DNA of 33,307 bases, taken from IMG/VR virus record IMGVR_UViG_3300015369_000022, positions 1 to 33,307 of that record; one strand, 5' to 3'. The notes beneath the pieces were generated by a model. The model searched no databases. It worked only from the letters and a program-made list of their open reading frames with translations, and was not told the origin of the DNA. The stretch comes from a virus. This document shows positions 1 to 8,606 of this stretch, piece after piece (position 1 is the stretch's first letter; each line of letters opens with the position of its first letter). The position numbers and the translations under genes were made by a program.

Positions 1-141
1 CATGCCTTGTGTATTCCGGCGGAAAGTCAGTCCATGCAATCGTCAAGATCGACGCGGCTGATTATGCCGAATATCGGAAGCGTGTTGATTACCTTTATGA
101 GGTATGTAAGCAAAACGGACTTGTCATCGATACGCAAAACA
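1..141. repeat. Terminal overlap copy 1 (identical to 33167-33307)
   Basis: Read directly: catgccttgtgtattccggcgg...catcgatacgcaaaaca occurs at both window ends. Confidence 0.95.
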
Positions 142-1346
142 GGAATCCGTCCAGGCTGTCGAGGATGCCGGGAGTAAGGAGAGGCGAGCACAAGCAATTC
201 CTCATTGATACGAACATCGGAAAAGAGACATGGAATGAATGGAAGGAATGGATCGAGTCAGTCAATGACGATCTTCCGGACCTGGAGCCGCTCTCCGATG
301 TCTGGGATGATCTCCCTCCGCTTGCTCCGCCATTGATTGACGGGATCCTCCGGCAAGGTCACAAGATGCTTGTGGCCGGGCCGACAAAAGCCGGTAAATC
401 ATTCCTACTCATCGAGATGGCTATAGCCATAGCTTCCGGGACTCCGTGGCTCGCCTGGAATTGTGCGAGAGGCAAGGTCCTATACATCAATCTGGAGCTG
501 GACCGCGCGAGCTGTCTTCACAGATTTCATGATGTATACGAGAAGCGCGGCATCGATCCGGAGTCGATAAGGAATATCGATATATGGAATCTCAGAGGCA
601 AGAGCTGTCCGATGGACAAGCTCGCTCCGAAGCTGATAAGACGAGCCGCGAAGAAGGACTATATCGCGATCATCGTGGATCCGATTTATAAGATCATCAC
701 GGGAGATGAGAATTCCGCGAGCGAGATGGCCTTCTTTTGTAACCAATTCGACAAGATCTGTACTGAGCTCGGATGTGCGGTCATATATTGCCATCATCAT
801 TCCAAAGGATCTCAGTCTCAGAAAAAGTCGATGGACAGAGCGAGTGGATCCGGCGTATTCGCGAGAGATCCGGACGCGCTGCTCGACATTATTGAACTGA
901 AGATGGATGAGAAGCATCTATTCGAGGCGAAGACGGCTCTCGGACTCGATGATGACGCGCTGGATGCGCTGTCAGCATGGAGAATCGATGGCACGCTCAG
1001 AGAATTCCCGAAATTCAAGGCGATCAATGCATTCTTTGACTGGCCGGAGCACATAGCCGACAGATGGAGCATTCTTGATGAGGTCTCGGAGGTCGGATCC
1101 TACTGGAAGGAGAAGACATCGGAGCAAAACAAGGAGCGGAGGAAGAATCAGAGATTCGAAGATCTCGATAAGGCATTCGAGGCCGCCGGATTCTCCGGTC
1201 CGCCGACCATCAAGATGATGGCGGAATATCTCGGCAAGACAGAGAAGACGATCCGACGCTGGATATCCGAATCTCCGAATTATGAGATCGTCAACAGCAA
1301 TGTTCACATGGTCGAAGGGAAGCAAATGAAATTCCCGTCGGAGTGA
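1..1346 (+). CDS. Primase-helicase, C-terminal part (continuation across the circular junction of the ORF starting at 32425): RecA/DnaB-like AAA_25 ATPase plus C-terminal HTH
   Basis: Frame 3 is open from base 3. Walker A is VAGPTKAGKS and Walker B-like is IAIIVDPI. The C-terminus MMAEYLGKTEKTIRRWI looks like an HTH. The frame is continuous with 32425-33166. Confidence 0.85.
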   Translation, partial: CLVYSGGKSVHAIVKIDAADYAEYRKRVDYLYEVCKQNGLVIDTQNRNPSRLSRMPGVRRGEHKQFLIDTNIGKETWNEWKEWIESVNDDLPDLEPLSDVWDDLPPLAPPLIDGILRQGHKMLVAGPTKAGKSFLLIEMAIAIASGTPWLAWNCARGKVLYINLELDRASCLHRFHDVYEKRGIDPESIRNIDIWNLRGKSCPMDKLAPKLIRRAAKKDYIAIIVDPIYKIITGDENSASEMAFFCNQFDKICTELGCAVIYCHHHSKGSQSQKKSMDRASGSGVFARDPDALLDIIELKMDEKHLFEAKTALGLDDDALDALSAWRIDGTLREFPKFKAINAFFDWPEHIADRWSILDEVSEVGSYWKEKTSEQNKERRKNQRFEDLDKAFEAAGFSGPPTIKMMAEYLGKTEKTIRRWISESPNYEIVNSNVHMVEGKQMKFPSE

Positions 1347-1560
1347 GGGACAAACAGGGACAAAAAGGGACAAAAATATTTCGAAAAATGTCCCGATTAG
1401 GGACAGGGACACTATATATAAAAGAAAATGTCTGTCTGTCCCTCTGGTAAGGACCGGAAAATAACCTGGAAGACAGACACCCGGACTATAGGGAGCTAAA
1501 GCTCTCCCTATATAGTCCCGGGGATGTCTATCCCAGGATTATACGCAAATGTCCCGACCA
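1347..1560. repeat. Iteron cluster and hairpins; putative replication origin or regulatory region
   Basis: GGGACA occurs at 1347, 1357, 1367, 1400 and 1406. Inverted TGTCCC occurs at 1389, about 1437 and 1550. AAATGTCCCGA occurs twice (about 1386 and about 1547). A 9-bp inverted repeat pairs TGTCTGTCT (1429-1437) with AGACAGACA (1471-1479). An imperfect long hairpin spans 1480-1523. Confidence 0.55.
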
Positions 1561-1575
1561 AAAAGGAGGTCAAAA

Positions 1576-1854
1576 ATGGAAATAATAATCGGAGACGAAG
1601 CTTATAAGAAAATGATGTCGGTCAGAAATTCGAATCCGGATCTGAATAATTATTACGAATATGACAATGGCGAGACGGGGACCGTGGTCATCCGGAGGAA
1701 GGACCGGAGATGCTGCTTTATGCGGACATCATACGGCGGAGACGGAGGGACTGTCATACTGACCGGGACAGCTAAGGAATTTCGGATCCTGTCAGCATGT
1801 TTCGACAAGTTTCAGATCAGAGAGATGATTGAGTGCGCGGAAGGAGTGATGTGA
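1576..1854 (+). CDS. Hypothetical protein
   Basis: ORF with AGGAGG 7 nt upstream of ATG 1576. The track start at 1549 lacks an RBS. Confidence 0.6.
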   Translation: MEIIIGDEAYKKMMSVRNSNPDLNNYYEYDNGETGTVVIRRKDRRCCFMRTSYGGDGGTVILTGTAKEFRILSACFDKFQIREMIECAEGVM

Positions 1855-1855
1855 T

Positions 1856-2173
1856 ATGAGACATGAGTACGTTAATAAGAATGATCTGTATGACTACATC
1901 CATACGAAGTATGTGAAGCGGAAGTCCTTCCATGAGAAGTACACATCAAAGGAGATGCTCAAGGATGTCGAGTGGTTTCCGACAGCCAGCGCCATATACA
2001 TCGAGGAAGTCATCGAGCCGCTCATCATCATTCGGAATCGTCTTGATGATGTTGCGAAGGATGAAGATACGCTCGATGTCCGTGATGATCTCTCTATGCT
2101 GATCCGTACTCTGGAGAGTATGAGGAAGGAGGAATGTATCAATGCCGAAAATGAGAAGAGCGTGTCCGTATAG
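1856..2173 (+). CDS. Hypothetical protein
   Basis: ORF with an AAGGAG RBS, tightly packed with its neighbours. Confidence 0.6.
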   Translation: MRHEYVNKNDLYDYIHTKYVKRKSFHEKYTSKEMLKDVEWFPTASAIYIEEVIEPLIIIRNRLDDVAKDEDTLDVRDDLSMLIRTLESMRKEECINAENEKSVSV

Positions 2174-2336
2174 GTTGAATTCCTCCGGCTCATGGTGTTG
2201 GTGCATGGAGGAAGACTGTATGGCTTATACATACGGAGATTGTACTTTAATAATGTCCGGCTGTCAGCCAGTAAAAGAGACATGTCCAGATTTCGAATAT
2301 CCGGATGTGTATGACGGAAAGGACGGGCGAGTATGA
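2142..2336 (+). CDS. Small Cys-rich hypothetical protein
   Basis: AAGGAGGA lies 8 nt upstream. The 64-aa product has 7 Cys. Confidence 0.5.
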   Translation: MPKMRRACPYRLNSSGSWCWCMEEDCMAYTYGDCTLIMSGCQPVKETCPDFEYPDVYDGKDGRV

Positions 2337-2596
2337 AGATCGGTGATGAGATTTATGTTCACGGATACGTCGATGAGATCCGCAAGGATAACATCGTCAT
2401 CATCCGCAATGAGGGAGGATATTTCGGGACGGATGTCAATGAGGTTGAGGATGCCGCCGGCATCAGAGACCATCTGGAGGCCCGTGATATAGAAAACCGC
2501 CTCAGAGATGTCATTGAGTCACTGAGATATCAGCTCTATCTCTCTGAGGAAGAAAATTTAAAATATAGGGAGGCAAAAGAAAACAATGAAGTATAA
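2333..2596 (+). CDS. Hypothetical protein
   Basis: ORF with an ATGA start/stop overlap with the upstream gene. Confidence 0.55.
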   Translation: MKIGDEIYVHGYVDEIRKDNIVIIRNEGGYFGTDVNEVEDAAGIRDHLEARDIENRLRDVIESLRYQLYLSEEENLKYREAKENNEV

Positions 2597-3053
2597 ATAC
2601 GCAATCGGTGACATTGTGAGAGTCGAGACCGGAAGATTCGCGATTGATACGGGAGTCGTAGTCGATAAATTTGAGACAGCTCCCCGGAAGCCAAGATATA
2701 TGATTTATTTTCAAGATGATGGAATTTTAGACTATGAGGAAGATCAAATCAAAGGATATGCTGAATCATTCTATGAGAAGTATTGCCGGGTATATCCGAA
2801 TCATACATTGAGACCGGACGGAAGTCCGGACATCGCTCCGGTCCAGCTGGATCGCTCAGTGATAGCCACATGGGATGTACTCGGATTCAAGAAGCCGATC
2901 ACGAATATGGATAAACTCAAAGAGGTCTTCGGAGAGTATTCTCATATTCCGATCAATCAGATTAGAGAATACGAAAAATGGTCTGAAGATGAATATGGCA
3001 ATCGATATGAGAGCTGGCTTGATTCTCTGTATAAGGAGGATTCAAATGAATAG
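2586..3053 (+). CDS. Hypothetical protein
   Basis: 155-aa ORF in operon context. Confidence 0.6.
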   Translation: MKYKYAIGDIVRVETGRFAIDTGVVVDKFETAPRKPRYMIYFQDDGILDYEEDQIKGYAESFYEKYCRVYPNHTLRPDGSPDIAPVQLDRSVIATWDVLGFKKPITNMDKLKEVFGEYSHIPINQIREYEKWSEDEYGNRYESWLDSLYKEDSNE

Positions 3054-3363
3054 TCGCGACAAAGGTAAGCGAGGCGAGCTCGAGCTTGCGAAGACACTCA
3101 GATCTCACGGCTATGATGCAAGGAGAGGACAGCAATACTCCGGAGCTAATGGAGATGCTGATGTGATAGGTCTTCCGGGAATCCATATCGAGTGTAAGAG
3201 GACAGAGTCATTCCGTATGTGGGATGCGCTCGCTCAGTCAACACGAGATGCAAGAGACGGAGAGATCCCGGTCGTGATGCATAAGAAGAATCACTCTCAC
3301 TGGATAGTCGTGCTCACTCTGGATGATTTCATGGAGCTTTACAAGGAAGGAGGCCGCTCATGA
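3046..3363 (+). CDS. PD-(D/E)XK nuclease, Holliday-junction-resolvase-like
   Basis: AAGGAGGA RBS precedes ATG 3046. Motifs are GKRGE, GDADVIG and IECK (D...ExK). The track ORF start at 2875 is an out-of-gene extension. Confidence 0.65.
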   Translation: MNSRDKGKRGELELAKTLRSHGYDARRGQQYSGANGDADVIGLPGIHIECKRTESFRMWDALAQSTRDARDGEIPVVMHKKNHSHWIVVLTLDDFMELYKEGGRS

Positions 3364-3512
3364 GGATGATTGTGCCGTCAATCACATCCTGGATCCGTAA
3401 GAGATGGTATGAGGATGATTTCAATGAGTATGATGACGGATTCTGGGATGACGAAGATCTGTATGACGATTATGAGGATGAGGAAGATCAAGAGGCTGAA
3501 TGGCCAGACTAA
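3360..3512 (+). CDS. Small highly acidic protein (50 aa), below the ORF-track threshold
   Basis: ATGA overlap with the upstream stop. Translates to MRMIVPSITSWIRKRWYEDDFNEYDDGFWDDEDLYDDYEDEEDQEAEWPD. Confidence 0.4.
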   Translation: MRMIVPSITSWIRKRWYEDDFNEYDDGFWDDEDLYDDYEDEEDQEAEWPD

Positions 3513-3637
3513 ATGAAGGAGATAACCGGCGGCGGGTACAGCATGATCAACCATGACAGAAATACTTTCCAATAATTTCCTTTTAGTAAACTTATAATTA
3601 GATACTCGATAACCGGCCCGCCGTCGGATATCTATAT

Positions 3638-3820
3638 ATGAAGTGTTATATGTGCGGTAAGGAATGCAATGAATATGATATGTTCGATTTCTTTACGGGG
3701 AGGAATCACAAGATCTGTTTTGAATGTCACATCAAGATGGACAAGGAATATAACAAGGTGCATTCCGCAAATAAGCAAAGGATCCAGAGGATTCAAGACA
3801 AGAAACGGAGGTCTAAATGA
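3638..3820 (+). CDS. Small zinc-ribbon protein
   Basis: Carries CxxC...CxxC (CYMCGKEC ... CFECH). The RBS is weak. Confidence 0.5.
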   Translation: MKCYMCGKECNEYDMFDFFTGRNHKICFECHIKMDKEYNKVHSANKQRIQRIQDKKRRSK

Positions 3821-4113
3821 TTATATTTTCAAGCGACTACTTGCAAGCCGTGAATCTCGATTCAATTACGGCGATATATGTCACTCGGAATGGCGGAGTG
3901 AAAGTCAATTTCAAGGACGGGACAGGATGCCAGCTCGGAAGTTATCTCTCGGAGGATGATGCAAAGAGAGCGCTCAAGATGATCAAGGAGCCGATCAGAC
4001 TCGGACATCCGACATATACAATGCCGACACTGGAGCAGCTGAAGGATATCGATAAGGCTCCGATCGTCATTCCGGTAAATGGTAGGAAGCAAAAGAGACA
4101 TGGAGGATCATGA
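3817..4113 (+). CDS. Hypothetical protein
   Basis: GGAGGT RBS and an overlapping stop/start. Confidence 0.6.
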   Translation: MIIFSSDYLQAVNLDSITAIYVTRNGGVKVNFKDGTGCQLGSYLSEDDAKRALKMIKEPIRLGHPTYTMPTLEQLKDIDKAPIVIPVNGRKQKRHGGS

Positions 4114-4367
4114 TGAATAATACATTGACATCACTCAATAATTATCTATTTGAACAAATCGAGCGCATCCAGGACGATGAGCTATCCGGAGAAGATCTCG
4201 ACAAGGAGCTGAAAAGATCCGCGGCCATATGCGATGTGGCCGGAAAGATCATCGATAATGCTGATCTCCAGCTGAAAGTCATGAAGCATGTCGATGAATA
4301 TTACGGCTCATTCAAAGGCTCGAATGAGGAAGTATGTAAGCAGCTCATCGGAGGTGAGACAAAATGA
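4110..4367 (+). CDS. Hypothetical protein
   Basis: GGAGGA RBS and operon packing. Confidence 0.6.
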   Translation: MMNNTLTSLNNYLFEQIERIQDDELSGEDLDKELKRSAAICDVAGKIIDNADLQLKVMKHVDEYYGSFKGSNEEVCKQLIGGETK

Positions 4368-5158
4368 GAAAGCGCTGGCCGGAAGAGGTTATCGAGTGGC
4401 TGAGGCAAAACGCGGAAGGACACTCGACGGCTGAGCTGACTCGGATGATCAATGAGACGGATCTCGCTGAGAGATATGGTCTTGTCTTCACGGAGAAGAT
4501 ACTACACTCAGCGAAGTCCAGATATAAGATCAAGTCCGGGAATTACGTCAGAGCGAAGCATTACAAATTCCCGCCGGAGGTCAGAGCGTACATCAAGGAA
4601 GTGAATCCAGGCCGGAGAGCTTCCGATGTGGCTCAGCTGGTCAATGAGCGATTCGGAGATGGGACGTGTACTGTCGATCAGATCAGAGCGTACAAAAAGA
4701 ATAACCGGCTCCCGTCCGGGTATGATGCGAAATTCAAGAAGGGACAGCCGTCAGCATTCAAGGGGACAAGGCGTCCGACCAGAGGAAGGCAAGGCGAGAC
4801 GCAATTCAAGAAGGGACATATCCCGGCGAATCATGTCCCGGTCGGGACGATATCCAAAGGATCCGGATACTGGAAGGAGAAGATCGCTGAGCCGGATGTC
4901 TGGAGGATGTGTCATCATCTCGAGTGGGAGAAATATCATGGGCCTATTCCGGAGGGATGTAATATCACTTTCCTGGATGGCAATCGGGATCACTACAATA
5001 TCGAGAATCTCAAGTGCATCAGTAAGAGAGTAAATGCTGAAGTGAATCGAGCCGGGATGAGATTCGACAGTCCGGATCTGACAGAGACCGGATGTAACAT
5101 CGCGGAGCTGAGGCTCGCGATGCTCGACAAGAGGAAAGGAAATAAGAAGGACGAATGA
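4364..5158 (+). CDS. HNH (HNH_3-type) homing-like endonuclease with two N-terminal HTH-like repeats
   Basis: The C-terminus HHLEWEKYHGPIPEGCNITFLDGNRDHYNIENLKCISKRVN matches the HNH_3 pattern. The N-terminus has two related WP.EVIEWL / FPPEVRAYI modules. Confidence 0.75.
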   Translation: MRKRWPEEVIEWLRQNAEGHSTAELTRMINETDLAERYGLVFTEKILHSAKSRYKIKSGNYVRAKHYKFPPEVRAYIKEVNPGRRASDVAQLVNERFGDGTCTVDQIRAYKKNNRLPSGYDAKFKKGQPSAFKGTRRPTRGRQGETQFKKGHIPANHVPVGTISKGSGYWKEKIAEPDVWRMCHHLEWEKYHGPIPEGCNITFLDGNRDHYNIENLKCISKRVNAEVNRAGMRFDSPDLTETGCNIAELRLAMLDKRKGNKKDE

Positions 5159-5243
5159 TATTTGATGACGGACAATGGCAAGCATGGCTCATCGTGCTGA
5201 TGCTGATCCCGCTTGTGTATATTGGACTAAGGAGATAAGAGAC

Positions 5244-5645
5244 ATGGGATTCGAACATGCTCCGGAGAGGAAGAAGAATATTGAGCGCATGGAAGAGCGT
5301 GTCGAGAGGTTGAGGGCGAAAGCTCAAGGAGGCTCGGCATGCTCGGACACTGAGAGAGTACAGACATCTCTCCCGAAGGATCGGACTATCTATCTCGATG
5401 CCGCGGCTGACATCCAGCGCGAGATCGATAAGGAGATGGCTATACTCAGAGCGGAGAGAGCTGAGGCGTATCGATTCATGCGCTCGCTTCCGGATCCGAT
5501 TGATAAGCAAATCATCCGGATGAGATACATTGAATTCATATCGATGACAGACATCGCTGATGCGCTCGGGTATGATCAGCGCTGGCTCCGGAAGAAGAGG
5601 GCGAGACTACTACTTAAGTATAGAGAAGGTCATGAGAATGAATAA
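5244..5645 (+). CDS. Sigma-70 region-4-like HTH protein (DUF1492/RinA/ArpU-type late-gene regulator)
   Basis: AAGGAG RBS precedes ATG 5244. The C-terminus IRMRYIEFISMTDIADALGYDQRWLRKKRARLL resembles sigma region 4. The gene sits immediately upstream of the packaging module. Confidence 0.55.
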   Translation: MGFEHAPERKKNIERMEERVERLRAKAQGGSACSDTERVQTSLPKDRTIYLDAAADIQREIDKEMAILRAERAEAYRFMRSLPDPIDKQIIRMRYIEFISMTDIADALGYDQRWLRKKRARLLLKYREGHENE

Positions 5646-5704
5646 GACCTCCCAGGACCGCAAGCCGGAATGATAGTGTTACCATAGCGAAGCTATGAGG
5701 TAAC

Positions 5705-6064
5705 ATGATGAGTGATGGCAAGGAGAAACAATTCTACGACTCGGCCGCGTGGCAAGAGAAGCGGGAGCAAATCTTGAGGCGTGACCATTATGAGTGCCAG
5801 GATTGTATTGCCAGGCTACGCAATGCGGCCAGGGAGGGAATCATCCTCAAGGGTAAGGAGCGACGGATTCGTCGTGCGACTTGCGTCCATCACATCGTCG
5901 AGCTGAGAGATAACTGGGATCTCCGGCTGGATGATAACAATCTCATCAGTTTGTGCGATGGTTGCCACAACAAGCGTCACGGTCGCGTCCTTGATGCTCA
6001 ATGGAGCGAGGAAGGACGGCAAGGATGGCTCAAGAGGAAGCGTCTGACCGATGAGATGTGGTGA
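5705..6064 (+). CDS. HNH endonuclease (terminase-associated type)
   Basis: Motifs are CQDC...HHIVEL...NLISLCDGCHNKRH. It lies upstream of the P27-type TerS and TerL. Confidence 0.85.
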   Translation: MMSDGKEKQFYDSAAWQEKREQILRRDHYECQDCIARLRNAAREGIILKGKERRIRRATCVHHIVELRDNWDLRLDDNNLISLCDGCHNKRHGRVLDAQWSEEGRQGWLKRKRLTDEMW

Positions 6065-6164
6065 ATCACAGCGAAAATAAATCCCCCCGGTCAAATTCTC
6101 AGCGAAATTCCCTAAGACCGACTGACGATGGGATGCATTGTTACGGAGATAAAATCCGATTTAT

Positions 6165-6188
6165 ATGAGGTTTCGGCCTCATTTTTTA
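6165..6188 (+). terminator. Rho-independent terminator-like hairpin
   Basis: The hairpin atgaggtttcggcctcat is followed by tttttt. Confidence 0.55.
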
Positions 6189-6209
6189 TATTTCAGAGGA
6201 ATTTGAAAC

Positions 6210-6611
6210 ATGATTTATGTGATATGTGGAATAATCGGATCCGGAAAGTCGACATATGCCTCAATGCATTTCGCGCATGTCACGGAATGCGAGGGAATGA
6301 CTAAGATGAGCCAGCTTCAAGAGACGTGGAGTCTGTATGAGGCCGGAGAGGATGTCGCACATGTCACGACCTATCCGACATCGGAAGAGCTGGAGATGCT
6401 CGCCGGCGTGCCGGATGAGGATAAGACATTCATATTGATTGATACGGATCTCCGCCAGGCGAAGGCGAACATCATCAAGCGGAATCGTCCGCATGATATG
6501 ACAAGGCTGTCGGAGACACTCGAGAAGAATAAGGAGATCGCTCGGAGGCTGGCATCGTCCAAAATCCCATTCGAGCGGATCCAGCTTTTTGAGACCGGAG
6601 AGAGGTGGTAA
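6210..6611 (+). CDS. Small P-loop NTPase/kinase (AAA_33-like)
   Basis: N-terminal Walker A is GIIGSGKST. The protein is 133 aa and the gene is inserted between HNH and TerS. Confidence 0.6.
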   Translation: MIYVICGIIGSGKSTYASMHFAHVTECEGMTKMSQLQETWSLYEAGEDVAHVTTYPTSEELEMLAGVPDEDKTFILIDTDLRQAKANIIKRNRPHDMTRLSETLEKNKEIARRLASSKIPFERIQLFETGERW

Positions 6612-6613
6612 GC

Positions 6614-6919
6614 ATGACACAGACGGAAGTTAAAGCATCACTGATTGAGCAGCTTGTGGAGAAGGGGCAGGATACAAAGTACATGCTCGGGCTTGTGGAT
6701 GACTATATGCAACACTACAAGATTATTCGTCTTCTTTGGAAGGATGTGAATAAGCGCGGCGTCAAGGTCGACACATTCAATTCTCACGGAGATCCTGTCG
6801 TAAAGGACAATGAGAGCCTGGCATCGATTCAAAAAGAGCAAATGATCATGCTCAAGATCCTCCAGACGCTCAAGCTTCAAGAGCCTGTCAAGATAGCGAG
6901 CAACGATGATTATCTGTAA
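6614..6919 (+). CDS. terS: Terminase small subunit (P27 family-like)
   Basis: Called from size, position directly upstream of and overlapping TerL, and the partnering HNH. A GTG at 6605 is an alternative start. Confidence 0.65.
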   Translation: MTQTEVKASLIEQLVEKGQDTKYMLGLVDDYMQHYKIIRLLWKDVNKRGVKVDTFNSHGDPVVKDNESLASIQKEQMIMLKILQTLKLQEPVKIASNDDYL

Positions 6920-8594
6920 GGAGATCCAGGACTACATCGAATATGTCGAGAATCATAAGGCGTGGATCAATCAAGACCGTCGGCTCTTGATCAAGAATGT
7001 TGTCAAGCCGCTTCTCAAGCGGGATGACATCTTTTTTGATTCGGGGACATTCCACAATTGCATCAAGTATTGTGAAGCGAATTTCTATCCGCTTTTTCCA
7101 TTTCAGAAATTCATCTATGCATTCGTTTTTATGTACTGGCAAGGCTCGGACGAATTTCCGGATGACACTCCGGTCTTCCGGAAGTTTCTGATCCTGGAAG
7201 GCCGCGGGAATGGCAAGGATGGATTCGTGATGCCGCTGGCGTCCTTTATGCAAACTCCGCTCTACGGAGTCAAGGATTACCATGTCGACATCGTGGCAAA
7301 TTCCGAAGACCAGGCGAAGGATACATTCAAAGTGGTCTGGAATATGCTCGAGGCGAATCCGAAAAAATTCAAAGGAAAATTCAATTGGACTCGAGAGCTG
7401 ATCACGAACAAGGTGACGGGCTCAGAGCTTAAATTCAATACATCGACAGCCGGCACGAAGGACGGTAAAAAGATCGGGCTTCTCATCTTCAATGAGCTTC
7501 ACGCTTATGAGAATTATGACCAGATCAACGTATTTGAGTCCGCACAAGGCAAGATCAGACATCCGCGTGAGATCATCATCACGACTCAAGGCTATGTCAG
7601 AGATGGTCCGCTTGACGATATTCTGACCATGTGCAAGGAGATCCTCAAGACCGGACAGAATGATCTCTGGTATTTTCCATTCCTCTGTCGGCTCGACAAG
7701 GCTGAAGAGGTCGACGATGAAGAGGCGTGGCATAAAGCGAATCCGGCGCTCGAATTCATGCCGATTCTTGCGAGTGAGCTGAAGATGCAATATCGCGAGA
7801 TGAAGGTCTTGACGTCGAAGCGAGCGGAATTCATGACGAAGCACATGAATCTCCCGGCGTCGAAACAAGAGGCCACAGTCACGAGCTGGGATAATATCCT
7901 TCTTGCATGCTATAAGGACATCGACAGATCTGAGCTGAGGCCGACTCCGGACACGTCCGGCAATTATGCCATCGTCGGAATCGACTATGCTGATATCCGC
8001 GACTTCGCATCGGCCGGCGTGCTGACAAAGACGGACGCGGGAGAGTACATCTGGCGTCAACATACATGGATCAATGCTCAGAGTCCTTATTTCGACGGAA
8101 TCAAATTCCCGCTCACGAATATTGGACAGCCGGAATTCGACGATTTCGAGATCGTTGATGCTCCGGTCATTCCGGTCGATGCTGTCATTGACTGGATCGA
8201 GAAGAAATATCTGTCGAAGTATGTGGTCCGCAAGATCGCAATGGATACATACAGATATACGTTATTCAAGCAAGAATTCATAAATCGCGGAATCAGCATC
8301 GAGAATCGGAAGGATAATCCGGACGGTCTTGTCCGGCTGATCCGCAAGCTCGGATCCGCGACTGGAGTCATCGCTCCATTCATCGAGCAAGAATTCGCAA
8401 TGCATAATATCAATTTCGGAGCCAGCGCGATCATGCGCTGGTACACGAATAATACATCCGTCATTACTGATAAGTACGGGAATAAGCAATTCGGTAAGAT
8501 TGAGCCGTATTTCCGAAAGACGGACGGATTCATGGCATTCGATGTGGCCATGTTCTGTAAGGATGAGCTTGAAATCCGCACGATTTACATCTAA
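6906..8594 (+). CDS. terL: Terminase large subunit (Terminase_1-like)
   Basis: 562 aa with the Walker A-like motif LILEGRGNGKDGF, upstream of the portal gene. Confidence 0.9.
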   Translation: MIICKEIQDYIEYVENHKAWINQDRRLLIKNVVKPLLKRDDIFFDSGTFHNCIKYCEANFYPLFPFQKFIYAFVFMYWQGSDEFPDDTPVFRKFLILEGRGNGKDGFVMPLASFMQTPLYGVKDYHVDIVANSEDQAKDTFKVVWNMLEANPKKFKGKFNWTRELITNKVTGSELKFNTSTAGTKDGKKIGLLIFNELHAYENYDQINVFESAQGKIRHPREIIITTQGYVRDGPLDDILTMCKEILKTGQNDLWYFPFLCRLDKAEEVDDEEAWHKANPALEFMPILASELKMQYREMKVLTSKRAEFMTKHMNLPASKQEATVTSWDNILLACYKDIDRSELRPTPDTSGNYAIVGIDYADIRDFASAGVLTKTDAGEYIWRQHTWINAQSPYFDGIKFPLTNIGQPEFDDFEIVDAPVIPVDAVIDWIEKKYLSKYVVRKIAMDTYRYTLFKQEFINRGISIENRKDNPDGLVRLIRKLGSATGVIAPFIEQEFAMHNINFGASAIMRWYTNNTSVITDKYGNKQFGKIEPYFRKTDGFMAFDVAMFCKDELEIRTIYI

Positions 8595-8606
8595 TGAGGT
8601 GAAGCA

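Noticed and set aside
1291-1300. TCAACAGCAA, a 9/10 match to the shufflon core, in the frame IVNSN inside the primase-helicase gene
   Set aside because: One-mismatch matches to a 10-mer are expected by chance about once or twice in 2 x 33 kb. No cassette-like sequence lies next to it.
2875-3363. 162-aa version of the nuclease ORF, and similar long track starts at 1549, 5175, 20519, 21757, 25835 and 27498
   Set aside because: The upstream extensions overlap the preceding genes and lack an RBS. Internal ATGs with AGGAGG-type sites at proper spacing give the compact operon structure.
3513-3637. A 20-codon ORF (MKEITGGGYSMINHDRNTFQ) and distant GC-rich complementary segments (ccggcggcggg ... cccgccg) in the gap before 3638
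   Set aside because: The ORF is too short and has no RBS. The complementary segments are about 80 nt apart with no T-tract. The region may hold a promoter, but I could not identify convincing -35/-10 elements.
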